Assembly: GCA_964016885.1 (NCBI GenBank)
Contig: OZ024741.1
Span: 414,966,001 to 415,030,000, forward strand
Direction of reading: 5' to 3'
Source: Eledone cirrhosa
Taxonomy: Eukaryota
Length of the DNA stretch: 64,000 nt
The position numbers and the translations under genes are program-made. Under the pieces are notes generated by a model that had not been told where the DNA came from, did not search any database, and worked only from the letters and a program-made list of their open reading frames with translations. This document shows, one piece after another, positions 13,287 to 24,870 of this stretch. The number at the start of each line of letters is the position of its first letter. The stretch's first letter is position 1.

Positions 13287-16200
13287 CCAGAATTCCCTCA
13301 CCTCTTTCTTTTCAAACCAGCTGTATCTGCCCAGAATTCCCTCACCTCTTTCTTTTCAAACCAGCTGTATCTGCCCAGAATTCTCTCACCTCATTCTGTT
13401 CAAACCAGCTGTATCTGTCCAGAATTCCCTCACCTCTTTCTGTTCAAACCAGCCGTATCTGCCCAGAATTCCCTCACCTCTTTCTTTTCAAACCAGCTGT
13501 ATCTGCCCAAAATTCCCTCACTTCTTTCTGTTCAAACCAGCTGTATCTGCCCAGAATTCCCTCACCGCTTTCTGTTCACAGCAGCTATATCTGCCCAGAA
13601 TTCCCTCACTTCTTTCTGTTCAAACCAGCTGTATCTGGCCAGAATTCTCTCACCTGTTTATGTTCAAACCAGCTGTATCTGGTCAGAATTCTCTCACTTC
13701 TTTCTGTTTAAACCAGCTGTATCTGGCCAGAATTCTCTCAATTTATTTCTGTTCAAACCAGCTGTATCTGACCAGAATTCCCTCACCTCTTTCTGTTCAA
13801 ACCAGCTGTATCTGACCAGAATTCTCTCACTTCTTTCTGTTCAAACCAGCTGTATCTGCCCAGAATTCCCTCACCTCTTTCTGTTCAAACCAGCTGTATC
13901 TGCCCAGAATTCCCTCACTTCTTTCTGTTCAAACCAGCTGTATCTGCCCAGAATTCTCTCACCTGTTTATGTTCAAACCAGCTGTATCTGGCCAGAATTC
14001 TCTCAATTTATTTCTGTTCAAACCAGCTGTATCTGACCAGAATTCCCTCACCTCTTTCTGTTCAAACCAGCTGTATCTGCCCAGAATTCCCCCACTTCTT
14101 TCTGTTGAAACCAGCTGTATCTGCCCAGAATTCCCTCACCTCTTTCTGTTCAAACCAGCTGTATCTGACCAGAATTCTCTCACCTATTTCTGTTCAAACC
14201 AGCCATATCTGCCCAGAATTCCCTCACCTCTTTCTGTTTAAACCAGCTGTATCTGGCCAGAATTCTCTCACTTGTTTCTGTTCAAACCAGCTGTATCTGC
14301 ACAGAATTCTCTCACCTGTTTACGTTCAAACCAGCTGTATCTGGTCAGAATTCTCTCACTTATTTCCGTTTAAACCAGCTGTATCTGGCCAGATTTCTCT
14401 CACTTCTTTTTATTCAAACCAGCTGTATATGACCAGAATTCTCTCACTTCTTTCTGTTCAAACCAGCTGTATCTGCCCAGAATTCCCTCACCTCTTTCTG
14501 TTCAAACCATCTGTATCTGACCAGAATTCCCTCTCCTCTTTCTGTTTAAACCATCTGTATCTGCCCAGAATTCTGTCACTTCTTTCTGTTCAAACCAGCT
14601 GTATCTGCCCAGAATTCCCTCACCTCTTTCTGTTTACACCTTCTGTATATGCCCAGAATTTTCTCACCTCTTTCTGTTCAAAGCAGCTGTATCTGCCCAG
14701 AATTCCCTCACTTCTTTCTGTTCAAACCAGCTGTATCTGCCCAGAATTCCCTCACCTCTTTCTGTTCAAACCAGCTGTATCTGGCCAGAATTCCCTCACC
14801 TCTTTCTGTTTAAACCAGCTGTATCTGCCCAGAATTCTCTCACTTGTTTCTTTTCAAACCAGCTGTATCTGCCCAGAATTCTCTCACTTCTTTCTATTCA
14901 AACCAGCTGTATCTGCCCTGAAATCCCTCACCTCTTTCTGTTCAAACCAGCTGTATCTGCCCAGAATTCTCTCACCTCATTCTGTTCATACCAGCTGTAT
15001 CTGTCCAGAATTCCCTCACCTCTTTCTGTTCAAACCAGCCGTATCTGCCCAGAATTCCCTCACCTCTTTCTTTTCAAACCAGCTGTATCTGCCCAGAATT
15101 CTCTCACTTCTTTCTGTTCAAACCAGCTGTATCTGCCCTGAAATCCCTCACCTCTTTCTGTTCAAACCAGCTGTATCTGCCCAGAATTCTCTCACCTCAT
15201 TCTGTTCATACCAGCTGTATCTGGCCAGAATTCCCTCACCTCTTTCTGTTCAAATCATCTGTATCTGCCCAGAATTCTCTCACTTCTTTCTGTTCAAACC
15301 AGCCATATCTGCCCAGAATTCCCTCACCTCTTTCTGTTCAAACCAGCTGTATCTGACCAGAATTCTCTCACTTCATTCTGTTCAAACCAGCTGTATCTGA
15401 CCAGAATTCTCTCACCTCTTTCTGTTCAAACCAGCTGTATCTGCCCAGAATTCCCTCACTTCTTTCTGTTCAAACCAGCTGTATCTGCCCTGAAATCCCT
15501 CACCTCTTTCTGTTCAAACCAGCTGTATCTGCCCAGAATTCTCTCACCTCATTCTGTTCAAACCAGCTGTATTTGTCCAGAATTCCCTCACCTCTTTCTG
15601 TTCAAACCAGCCGTATCTGCCCAGAATTCCCTCACCTCTTTCTTTTCAAACCAGCTGTATCTGCCCAGAATTCTCTCACCTCATTCTGTTCAAACCAGCT
15701 GTATCTGTCCAGAATTCCCTCACCTCTTTCTGTTCAAACCAGCCGTATCTGCCCAGAATTCCCTCACCTCTTTCTTTTCAAACCAGCTGTATCTGCCCAG
15801 AATTCCCTCACTTCTTTCTGTTCAAACCAGCTGTATCTGCCCAGAATTCACTCACCGCTTTCTGTTCACAGCAGCTATATCTGCCCAGAATTCCCTCACT
15901 TCTTTCTGTTCAAACCAGCTGTATCTGCCCAGAATTCTCTCACCTGTTTATGTTCAAACCAGCTGTATCTGGTCAGAATTCTCTCACTTCTTTCTGTTTA
16001 AACCAGCTGTATCTGGCCAGAATTCTCTCAATTTATTTCTGTTCAAACCAGCTGTATCTGGTCAGAAATCTCTCACTTCTTTCTGTTTAAACCAGCTGTA
16101 TCTGGCCAGAATTCTCTCAATTTATTTCTGTTCAAACCAGCTGTATCTGACCAGAATTCCCTCACCTCTTTCTGTTCAAACCAGCTGTATCTGCCCAGAA

Positions 16201-19200
16201 TTCCCCCACTTCTTTCTGTTCAAACCAGCTGTATCTGCCCAGAATTCCCTCACCTCTTTCTGTTCAAACCAGCTGTATCTGACCAGAATTCTCTCACTTC
16301 TTTCTGTTCAAACCAGCCATATCTGCCCAGAATTCCCCCACCTCTTTCTGTTCAAACCAGCTGTATCTGACCAGAATTCTCTCACTTCATTCTGTTCAAA
16401 CCAGCTGTATCTGACGAGAATTCTCTCACTTCATTCTGTTCAAACCAGCTGTATCTGCCCAGAATTCTCTCACTTCATTCTGTTCAAACCAGCTGTATCT
16501 GACCAGAATTCTCTCACCTCTTTCTGTTCAAACCAGCTGTATCTGCCCAGAATTCCCTCACCTCTTTCTGTTCAAACCAGCTGTATCTGACCAGAATTCC
16601 GTCTCCTCTTTCTGTTTAAACTTTCTGTATATGCGCAGAATTCTCTCACCTCTTTATGTTTAAACCAGCGGTATCTGCCCATAATTCTCTCACCTCTTTC
16701 TGTTCAAACCAGCTCTATCTGGTTAGAATTCTCTCACTTCTTTCTGTTTAAACCAGCTGTATCTGGCCAGAATTCCCCCACTTCTTTCTGTTCAAAGCAG
16801 CTGTATCTGCCCAGAATTCCCTCACCTCTTTCTGTTCAAACCAGCTGTATCTGACCAGAATTCTCTCACTTCTTTCTGTTCAAACCAGCCATATCTGCCC
16901 AGAATTCCCTCACCTCTTTCTGTTCAAACCAGCTGTATCTGACCAGAATTCTCTCACTTCATTCTGTTCAAACCAGCTGTATCTGACCAGAATTCTCTCA
17001 CTTCATTCTGTTCAAACCAGCTGTATCTGCCCAGAATTCTCTCACTTCATTCTGTTCAAACCAGCTGTATCTGACCAGAATTCTCTCACCTCTTTCTGTT
17101 CAAACCAGCTGTATCTGCCCAGAATTCCCTCACTTCTTTCTGTTCAAACCAGCTGTATCTGCCCTGAAATCCCTCACCTCTTTCTGTTCAAACCAGCTGT
17201 ATCTGCCCAGAATTCTCTCACCTCATTCTGTTCAAACCAGCTGTATCTGTCCAGAATTCCCTCACCTCTTTCTGTTCAAACCAGCTGTATCTGTCCAGAA
17301 TTCCCTCACCTCTTTCTTTTCAAACCAGCTGTATCTGCCCAGAATTCCCTCACCTCTTTCTTTTCAAACCAGCTGTATCTGCCCAGAATTCTCTCACCTC
17401 ATTCTGTTCAAACCAGCTGTATCTGTCCAGAATTCCCTCACCTCTTTCTGTTCAAACCAGCCGTATCTGCCCAGAATTCCCTCACCTCTTTCTTTTCAAA
17501 CCAGCTGTATCTGCCCAAAATTCCCTCACTTCTTTCTGTTCAAACCAGCTGTATCTGCCCAGAATTCCCTCACCGCTTTCTGTTCACAGCAGCTATATCT
17601 GCCCAGAATTCCCTCACTTCTTTCTGTTCAAACCAGCTGTATCTGCCCAGAATTCTCTCACCTGTTTATGTTCAAACCAGCTGTATCTGGTCAGAATTCT
17701 CTCACTTCTTTCTGTTTAAACCAGCTGTATCTGGCCAGAATTCTCTCAATTTATTTCTGTTCAAACCAGCTGTATCTGACCAGAATTCCCTCACCTCTTT
17801 CTGTTCAAACCAGCTGTATCTGACCAGAATTCTCTCACTTCTTTCTGTTCAAACCAGCTGTATCTGCCCAGAATTCCCTCACCTCTTTCTGTTCAAACCA
17901 GCTGTATCTGCCCAGAATTCCCTCACTTCTTTCTGTTCAAACCAGCTGTATCTGCCCAGAATTCTCTCACCTGTTTATGTTCAAACCAGCTGTATCTGGC
18001 CAGAATTCTCTCAATTTATTTCTGTTCAAACCAGCTGTATCTGACCAGAATTCCCTCACCTCTTTCTGTTCAAACCAGCTGTATCTGCCCAGAATTCCCC
18101 CACTTCTTTCTGTTGAAACCAGCTGTATCTGCCCAGAATTCCCTCACCTCTTTCTGTTCAAACCAGCTGTATCTGACCAGAATTCTCTCACCTATTTCTG
18201 TTCAAACCAGCCATATCTGCCCAGAATTCCCTCACCTCTTTCTGTTTAAACCAGCTGTATCTGGCCAGAATTCTCTCACTTGTTTCTGTTCAAACCAGCT
18301 GTATCTGCACAGAATTCTCTCACCTGTTTACGTTCAAACCAGCTGTATCTGGTCAGAATTCTCTCACTTATTTCCGTTTAAACCAGCTGTATCTGGCCAG
18401 ATTTCTCTCACTTCTTTTTATTCAAACCAGCTGTATATGACCAGAATTCTCTCACTTCTTTCTGTTCAAACCAGCTGTATCTGCCCAGAATTCCCTCACC
18501 ACTTTCTGTTCAAACCAGCTGTATCTGGCCAGAATTCCCTCACCTCTTTCTGTTTAAACCAGCTGTATCTGCCCAGAATTCTCTCACTTGTTTCTGTTCA
18601 AACCAGCTGTATCTGCCCAGAATTCTCTCACTTCTTTCTATTCAAACCAGCTGTATCTGCCCTGAAATCCCTCACCTCTTTCTGTTCAAACCAGCTGTAT
18701 CTGCCCAGAATTCTCTCACCTCATTCTGTTCATACCAGCTGTATCTGTCCAGAATTCCCTCACCTCTTTCTGTTCAAACCAGCCGTATCTGCCCCGAATT
18801 CCCTCACCTCTTTCTTTTCAAACCAGCTGTATCTGCCCAGAATTCTCTCACTTCTTTCTGTTCAAACCAGCTGTATCTGCCCTGAAATCCCTCACCTCTT
18901 TCTGTTCAAACCAGCTGTATCTGCCCAGAATTCTCTCACCTCATTCTGTTCATACCAGCTGTATCTGGCCAGAATTCCCTCACCTCTTTCTGTTCAAATC
19001 ATCTGTATCTGCCCAGAATTCTCTCACTTCTTTCTGTTCAAACCAGCCATATCTGCCCAGAATTCTCTCACCTCTTTCTGTTCAAACCAGCTGTATCTGA
19101 CCAGAATTCTCTCACTTCATTCTGTTCAAACCAGCTGTATCTGACCAGAATTCTCTCACCTCTTTCTGTTCAAACCAGCTGTATCTGCCCAGAATTCCCT

Positions 19201-22200
19201 CACTTCTTTCTGTTCAAACCAGCTGTATCTGCCCTGAAATCCCTCACCTCTTTCTGTTCAAACCAGCTGTATCTGCCCAGAATTCTCTCACCTCATTCTG
19301 TTCAAACCAGCTGTATCTGTCCAGAATTCCCTCACCTCTTTCTGTTCAAACCAGCCGTATCTGCCCAGAATTCCCTCACCTCTTTCTTTTCAAACCAGCT
19401 GTATCTGCCCAGAATTCTCTCACCTCATTCTGTTCAAACCAGCTGTATCTGTCCAGAATTCCCTCACCTCTTTCTGTTCAAACCAGCCGTATCTGCCCAG
19501 AATTCCCTCACCTCTTTCTTTTCAAACCAGCTGTATCTGCCCAGAATTCCCTCACTTCTTTCTGTTCAAACCAGCTGTATCTGCCCAGAATTCCCTCACC
19601 GCTTTCTGTTCACAGCAGCTATATCTGCCCAGAATTCCCTCACTTCTTTCTGTTCAAACCAGCTGTATCTGCCCAGAATTCTCTCACCTGTTTATGTTCA
19701 AACCAGCTGTATCTGGTCAGAATTCTCTCACTTCTTTCTGTTTAAACCAGCTGTATCTGGCCAGAATTCTCTCAATTTATTTCTGTTCAAACCAGCTGTA
19801 TCTGGTCAGAAATCTCTCACTTCTTTCTGTTTAAACCAGCTGTATCTGGCCAGAATTCTCTCAATTTATTTCTGTTCAAACCAGCTGTATCTGACCAGAA
19901 TTCCCTCACCTCTTTCTGTTCAAACCAGCTGTATCTGCCCAGAATTCCCCCACTTCTTTCTGTTCAAACCAGCTGTATCTGCCCAGAATTCCCTCACCTC
20001 TTTCTGTTCAAACCAGCTGTATCTGACCAGAATTCTCTCACTTCTTTCTGTTCAAACCAGCCATATCTGCCCAGAATTCCCCCACCTCTTTCTGTTCAAA
20101 CCAGCTGTATCTGACCAGAATTCTCTCACTTCATTCTGTTCAAACCCGCTGTATCTGACCAGAATTCTCTCACTTCATTCTGTTCAAACCAGCTGTATCT
20201 GCCCAGAATTCTCTCACTTCATTCTGTTCAAACCAGCTGTATCTGACCAGAATTCTCTCACCTCTTTCTGTTCAAACCAGCTGTATCTGCCCAGAATTCC
20301 CTCACTTCTTTCTGTTCAAACCAGCTGTATCTGCCCTGAATTCCCTCACCTCTTTCTGTTCAAACCAGCTGTATCTGCCCAGAATTCTCTCACCTCATTC
20401 TGTTCAAACCAGCTGTATCTGTCCAGAATTCCCCCACTTCTTTCTGTTCAAACCAGCTGTATCTGCCCAGAATTCCCTCACCTCTTTCTGTTCAAACCAG
20501 CTGTATCTGACCAGAATTCTCTCACTTCTTTCTGTTCAAACCAGCCATATCTGCCCAGAATTCCCTCACCTCTTTCTGTTCAAACCAGCTGTATCTGACC
20601 AGAATTCTCTCACTTCATTCTGTTCAAACCAGCTGTATCTGACCAGAATTCTCTCACTTCATTCTGTTCAAACCAGCTGTATCTGCCCAGAATTCTCTCA
20701 CTTCATTCTGTTCAAACCAGCTGTATCTGACCAGAATTCTCTCACCTCTTTCTGTTCAAACCAGCTGTATCTGCCCAGAATTCCCTCACTTCTTTCTGTT
20801 CAAACCAGCTGTATCTGCCCTGAAATCCCTCACCTCTTTCTGTTCAAACCAGCTGTATCTGCCCAGAATTCTCTCACCTCATTCTGTTCAAACCAGCTGT
20901 ATCTGTCCAGAATTCCCTCACTTCTTTTTATTCAAACCAGCTGTATCTGTCCAGAATTCCCTCACCTCTTTCTTTTTAAACCAGCTGTATCTGCCCAGAA
21001 TTCCCTCACCTCTTTCTTTTCAAACCAGCTGTATCTGCCCAGAATTCTCTCACCTCATTCTGTTCAAACCAGCTGTATCTGTCCAGAATTCCCTCACCTC
21101 TTTCTGTTCAAACCAGCCGTATCTGCCCAGAATTCCCTCACCTCTTTCTTTTCAAACCAGCTGTATCTGCCCAAAATTCCCTCACTTCTTTCTGTTCAAA
21201 CCAGCTGTATCTGCCCAGAATTCCCTCACCGCTTTCTGTTCACAGCAGCTATATCTGCCCAGAATTCCCTCACTTCTTTCTGTTCAAACCAGCTGTATCT
21301 GCCCAGAATTCTCTCACCTGTTTATGTTCAAACCAGCTGTATCTGGTCAGAATTCTCTCACATCTTTCTGTTTAAACCAGCTGTATCTGGCCAGAATTCT
21401 CTCAATTTATTTCTGTTCAAACCAGCTGTATCTGACCAGAATTCCCTCACCTCTTTCTGTTCAAACCAGCTGTATCTGACCAGAATTCTCTCACTTCTTT
21501 CTGTTCAAACCAGCTGTATCTGCCCACAATTCCCTCACCTCTTTCTGTTAAAACCAGCTGTATCTGCCCAGAATTCCCTCACTTCTTTCTGTTCAAACCA
21601 GCTGTATCTGCCCAGAATTCTCTCCCCTGTTTATGTTCAAACCAGCTGTATCTGGCCAGAATTCTCTCAATTTATTTCTGTTCAAACCAGCTGTATCTGA
21701 CCAGAATTCCCTCACCTCTTTCTGTTCAAACCAGCTGTATCTGCCCAGAATTCCCCCACTTCTTTCTGTTCAAACCAGCTGTATCTGCCCAGAATTCCCT
21801 CACCTCTTTCTGTTCAAACCAGCTGTATCTGACCAGAATTCTCTCACCTATTTCTGTTCAAACCAGCCATATCTGCCCAGAATTCCCTCACCTCTTTCTG
21901 TTTAAACCAGCCGTATCTGGCCAGAATTCTCTCACTTGTTTCTGTTCAAACCAGCTGTATCTGCCCAGAATTCTCTCACCTGTTTACGTTCAAACCAGCT
22001 GTATCTGGTCAGAATTCTCTCACTTATTTCCGTTTAAACCAGCTGTATCTGGCCAGATTTCTCTCACTTCTTTTTATTCAAACCAGCTGTATATGACCAG
22101 AATTCTCTCACTTCTTTCTGTTCAAACCAGCTGTATCTGCCCAGAATTCCCTCACCTCTTTCTGTTCAAACCATCTGTATCTGACCAGAATTCCCTCTCC

Positions 22201-22470
22201 TCTTTCTGTTTAAACCATCTGTATCTGCCCAGAATTCTGTCACTTCTTTCTGTTCAAACCAGCTGTATCTGCCCAGAATTCCCTCACCTCTTTCTGTTTA
22301 CACCTTCTGTATATGCCCAGAATTTTCTCACCTCTTTCTGTTCAAAGCAGCTGTATCTGCCCAGAATTCCCTCACTTCTTTCTGTTCAAACCAGCTGTAT
22401 CTGCCCAGAATTCCCTCACCTCTTTCTGTTCAAACCAGCTGTATCTGGCCAGAATTCCCTCACCTCTTTC
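12550..22470. repeat. Imperfect ~4-kb higher-order repeat, about 2.5 copies (offsets 4008 and 3656 bp)
   Basis: The same ORF start occurs at 13969, 17977 and 21633. 4008 = 91x44+4 and 3656 = 83x44+4, consistent with four 45-bp monomers per period. The rare variant CCGTCTCCTC...AAACTTTCTGTATATGCGCAG is at 12591 and 16599. Boundaries are approximate. Confidence 0.88.
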
Positions 22471-24298
22471 TGTTCAAATCATCTGTATCTGCCCAGAATT
22501 CTCTCACTTCTTTCTGTTCAAACCAGCCATATCTGCCCAGAATTCCCTCACCTCTTTCTGTTCAAACCAGCTGTATCTGACCAGAATTCTCTCACTTCAT
22601 TCTCTTCAAACCAGCTGTATCTGACCAGAATTCTCTCACCTCTTTCTGTTCAAACCAGCTGTATCTGCCCAGAATTCCCTCACTTCTTTCTGTTCAAACC
22701 AGCTGTATCTGCCCAGAAATCCCTCACCTCTTTCTGTTCAAACCAGCTGTATCTGCCCAGAATTCTCTCACCTCATTCTGTTCAAACCAGCTGAATCTGT
22801 CCAGAATTCCCTCACCTCTTTCTGTTCAAACCAGCCGTATCTGCCCAGAATTCCCTCACCTCTTTCTTTTCAAACCAGCTGTATCTGCCCAGAATTCCCT
22901 CACTTCTTTCTGTTCAAACCAGCTGTATCTGCCCAGAATTCCCTCACCTCTTTCTGTTCACAGCAGTTGTATCTGCCCAGAATTCCCTCACTTCTTTCTG
23001 TTCAAACCAGCTGTATCTGCCCAGAATTCTCTCACCTGTTTATGTTCAAACCAGCTGTATCTGGTCAGAGTTCTCTCACTTCTTTCTGTTTAAACCAGCT
23101 GTATCTGGCCAGAATTCTCTCAATTTATTTCTGTTCAAACCAGCTGTATCTGACCAGAATTCCCTCACCTCTTTCTGTTCAAACCAGCTGTATCTGACCA
23201 GAATTCTCTCACTTCTTTCTGTTCAAACCAGCTGTATCTGCCCAGAATTCCCTCACCTCTTTCTGTTTAAACCAGCTGTATCTGCCCAGAATTCCCCCAC
23301 TTCTTTCTGTTCAAACCAGCTGTATCTGACCAGAATTCTCTCACCTATTTCTGTTCAAACCAGCCATATCTGCCCAGAATTCCCTCACCTCTTTCTGTTC
23401 AAACCAGCTGTATCTGACCAGAATTCTCTCACCTCTTTCTGTTCAAACCAGCTGTATCTGCCCAGAATTCCCTCACCTCTTTCTGTTTAAACCTTCTGTA
23501 TATGCCCAGAATTTTCTCACCTTTTTCTCTTCAAAGCAGCTGTATCTGCCCAGAATTCCCTCACTTCTTTCTGTTCAAACCAGCTGTATCTGCCCAGAAT
23601 TCCCTCACCGCTTTCTGTTCAAACCAGCTGTATCTGCCCAGTATTCCCTCACCTCTTTCTGTTTAAACCTTCTGTATATGCCCAGAATTTTCTCACCTTT
23701 TTCTCTTCAAAGCAGATGTATCTGCCCAGAATTCCCTCACTTCTTTCTGTTCAAACCAGCTGTATCTGCCCAGAATTCCCTCACCGCTTTCTGTTCAAAC
23801 CAGCTGTATCTGCCCAGTATTCCCTCACCTCTTTCTGTTTAAACCTTCTGTATATGCCAAGAATTTTCTCACCTCTTTCTGTTCAAACCAGCTGTATCTG
23901 CCCAGAATTCCCTCACTTCTTTCTGTTCAAACCAGCTGTATCTGCCCAGAATTCCCTCACCTCTTTCTGTTCAAACCAGCTGTATCTGGCCAGAATTCCC
24001 TCACCTCTTTCTGCTCAAATCATCTGTATCTGCCCAGAATTCTCTCACTTCTTTCTGTTCAAACCAGCCATATCTGCCCAGAATTCCCTCACCTCTTTCT
24101 GTTCAAACCAGCTGTATCTGACCAGAATTCTCTCACTTCATTCTGTTCAAACCAGCTGTATCTGACCAGAATTCTCTCACCTCTTTCTGTTCAAACCAGC
24201 TGTATCTGCCCAGAATTCCCTCACTTCTTTCTGTTCAAACCAGCTGTATCTGCCCTGAAATCCCTCACCTCTTTCCGTTCAAACCAGCTGTATCTGCC

Positions 24299-24870
24299 CA
24301 GAATTCTCTCACCTCATTCTGTTCAAACCAGCTGTATCTGTCCAGAATTCCCTCACCTCTTTCTGTTCAAACCAGCCGTATCTGCCCAGAATTCCCTCAC
24401 CTCTTTCTTTTCAAACCAGCTGTATCTGCCCAGAATTCTCTCACCTCATTCTGTTCCAACCAGCTGTATCTGTCCAGAATTCCCTCACCTCTTTCTGTTC
24501 AAACCAGCCGTATCTGCCCAGAATTCCCTCACCTCTTTCTTTTCAAACCAGCTGTATCTGCCCAGAAATCCCTCACCTCTTTCTGTTCAAACCAGCTGTA
24601 TCTGCCCAGAATTCTCTCACCTCATTCTGTTCAAACCAGCTGTATCTGTCCAGAATTCCCTCACCTCTTTCTGTTCAAACCAGCCGTATCTGCCCAGAAT
24701 TCCCTCACCTCTTTCTTTTCAAACCAGCTGTATCTGCCCAGAATTCTCTCACCTCATTCTGTTCAAACCAGCTGTATCTGTCCAGAATTCCCTCACCTCT
24801 TTCTGTTCAAACCAGCCGTATCTGCCCAGAATTCCCTCACCTCTTTCTTTTCAAACCAGCTGTATCTGCC
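24299..24870. repeat. Four near-tandem copies of a 132-bp trimer (CTCATT unit, GTCC/CCGTAT unit, TCTTTTC unit)
   Basis: CACCTCATT occurs near 24310, 24442, 24618 and 24750 (spacings 132, 176, 132). The same trimer is doubled near 15540-15800 and 19290-19550. Confidence 0.8.
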
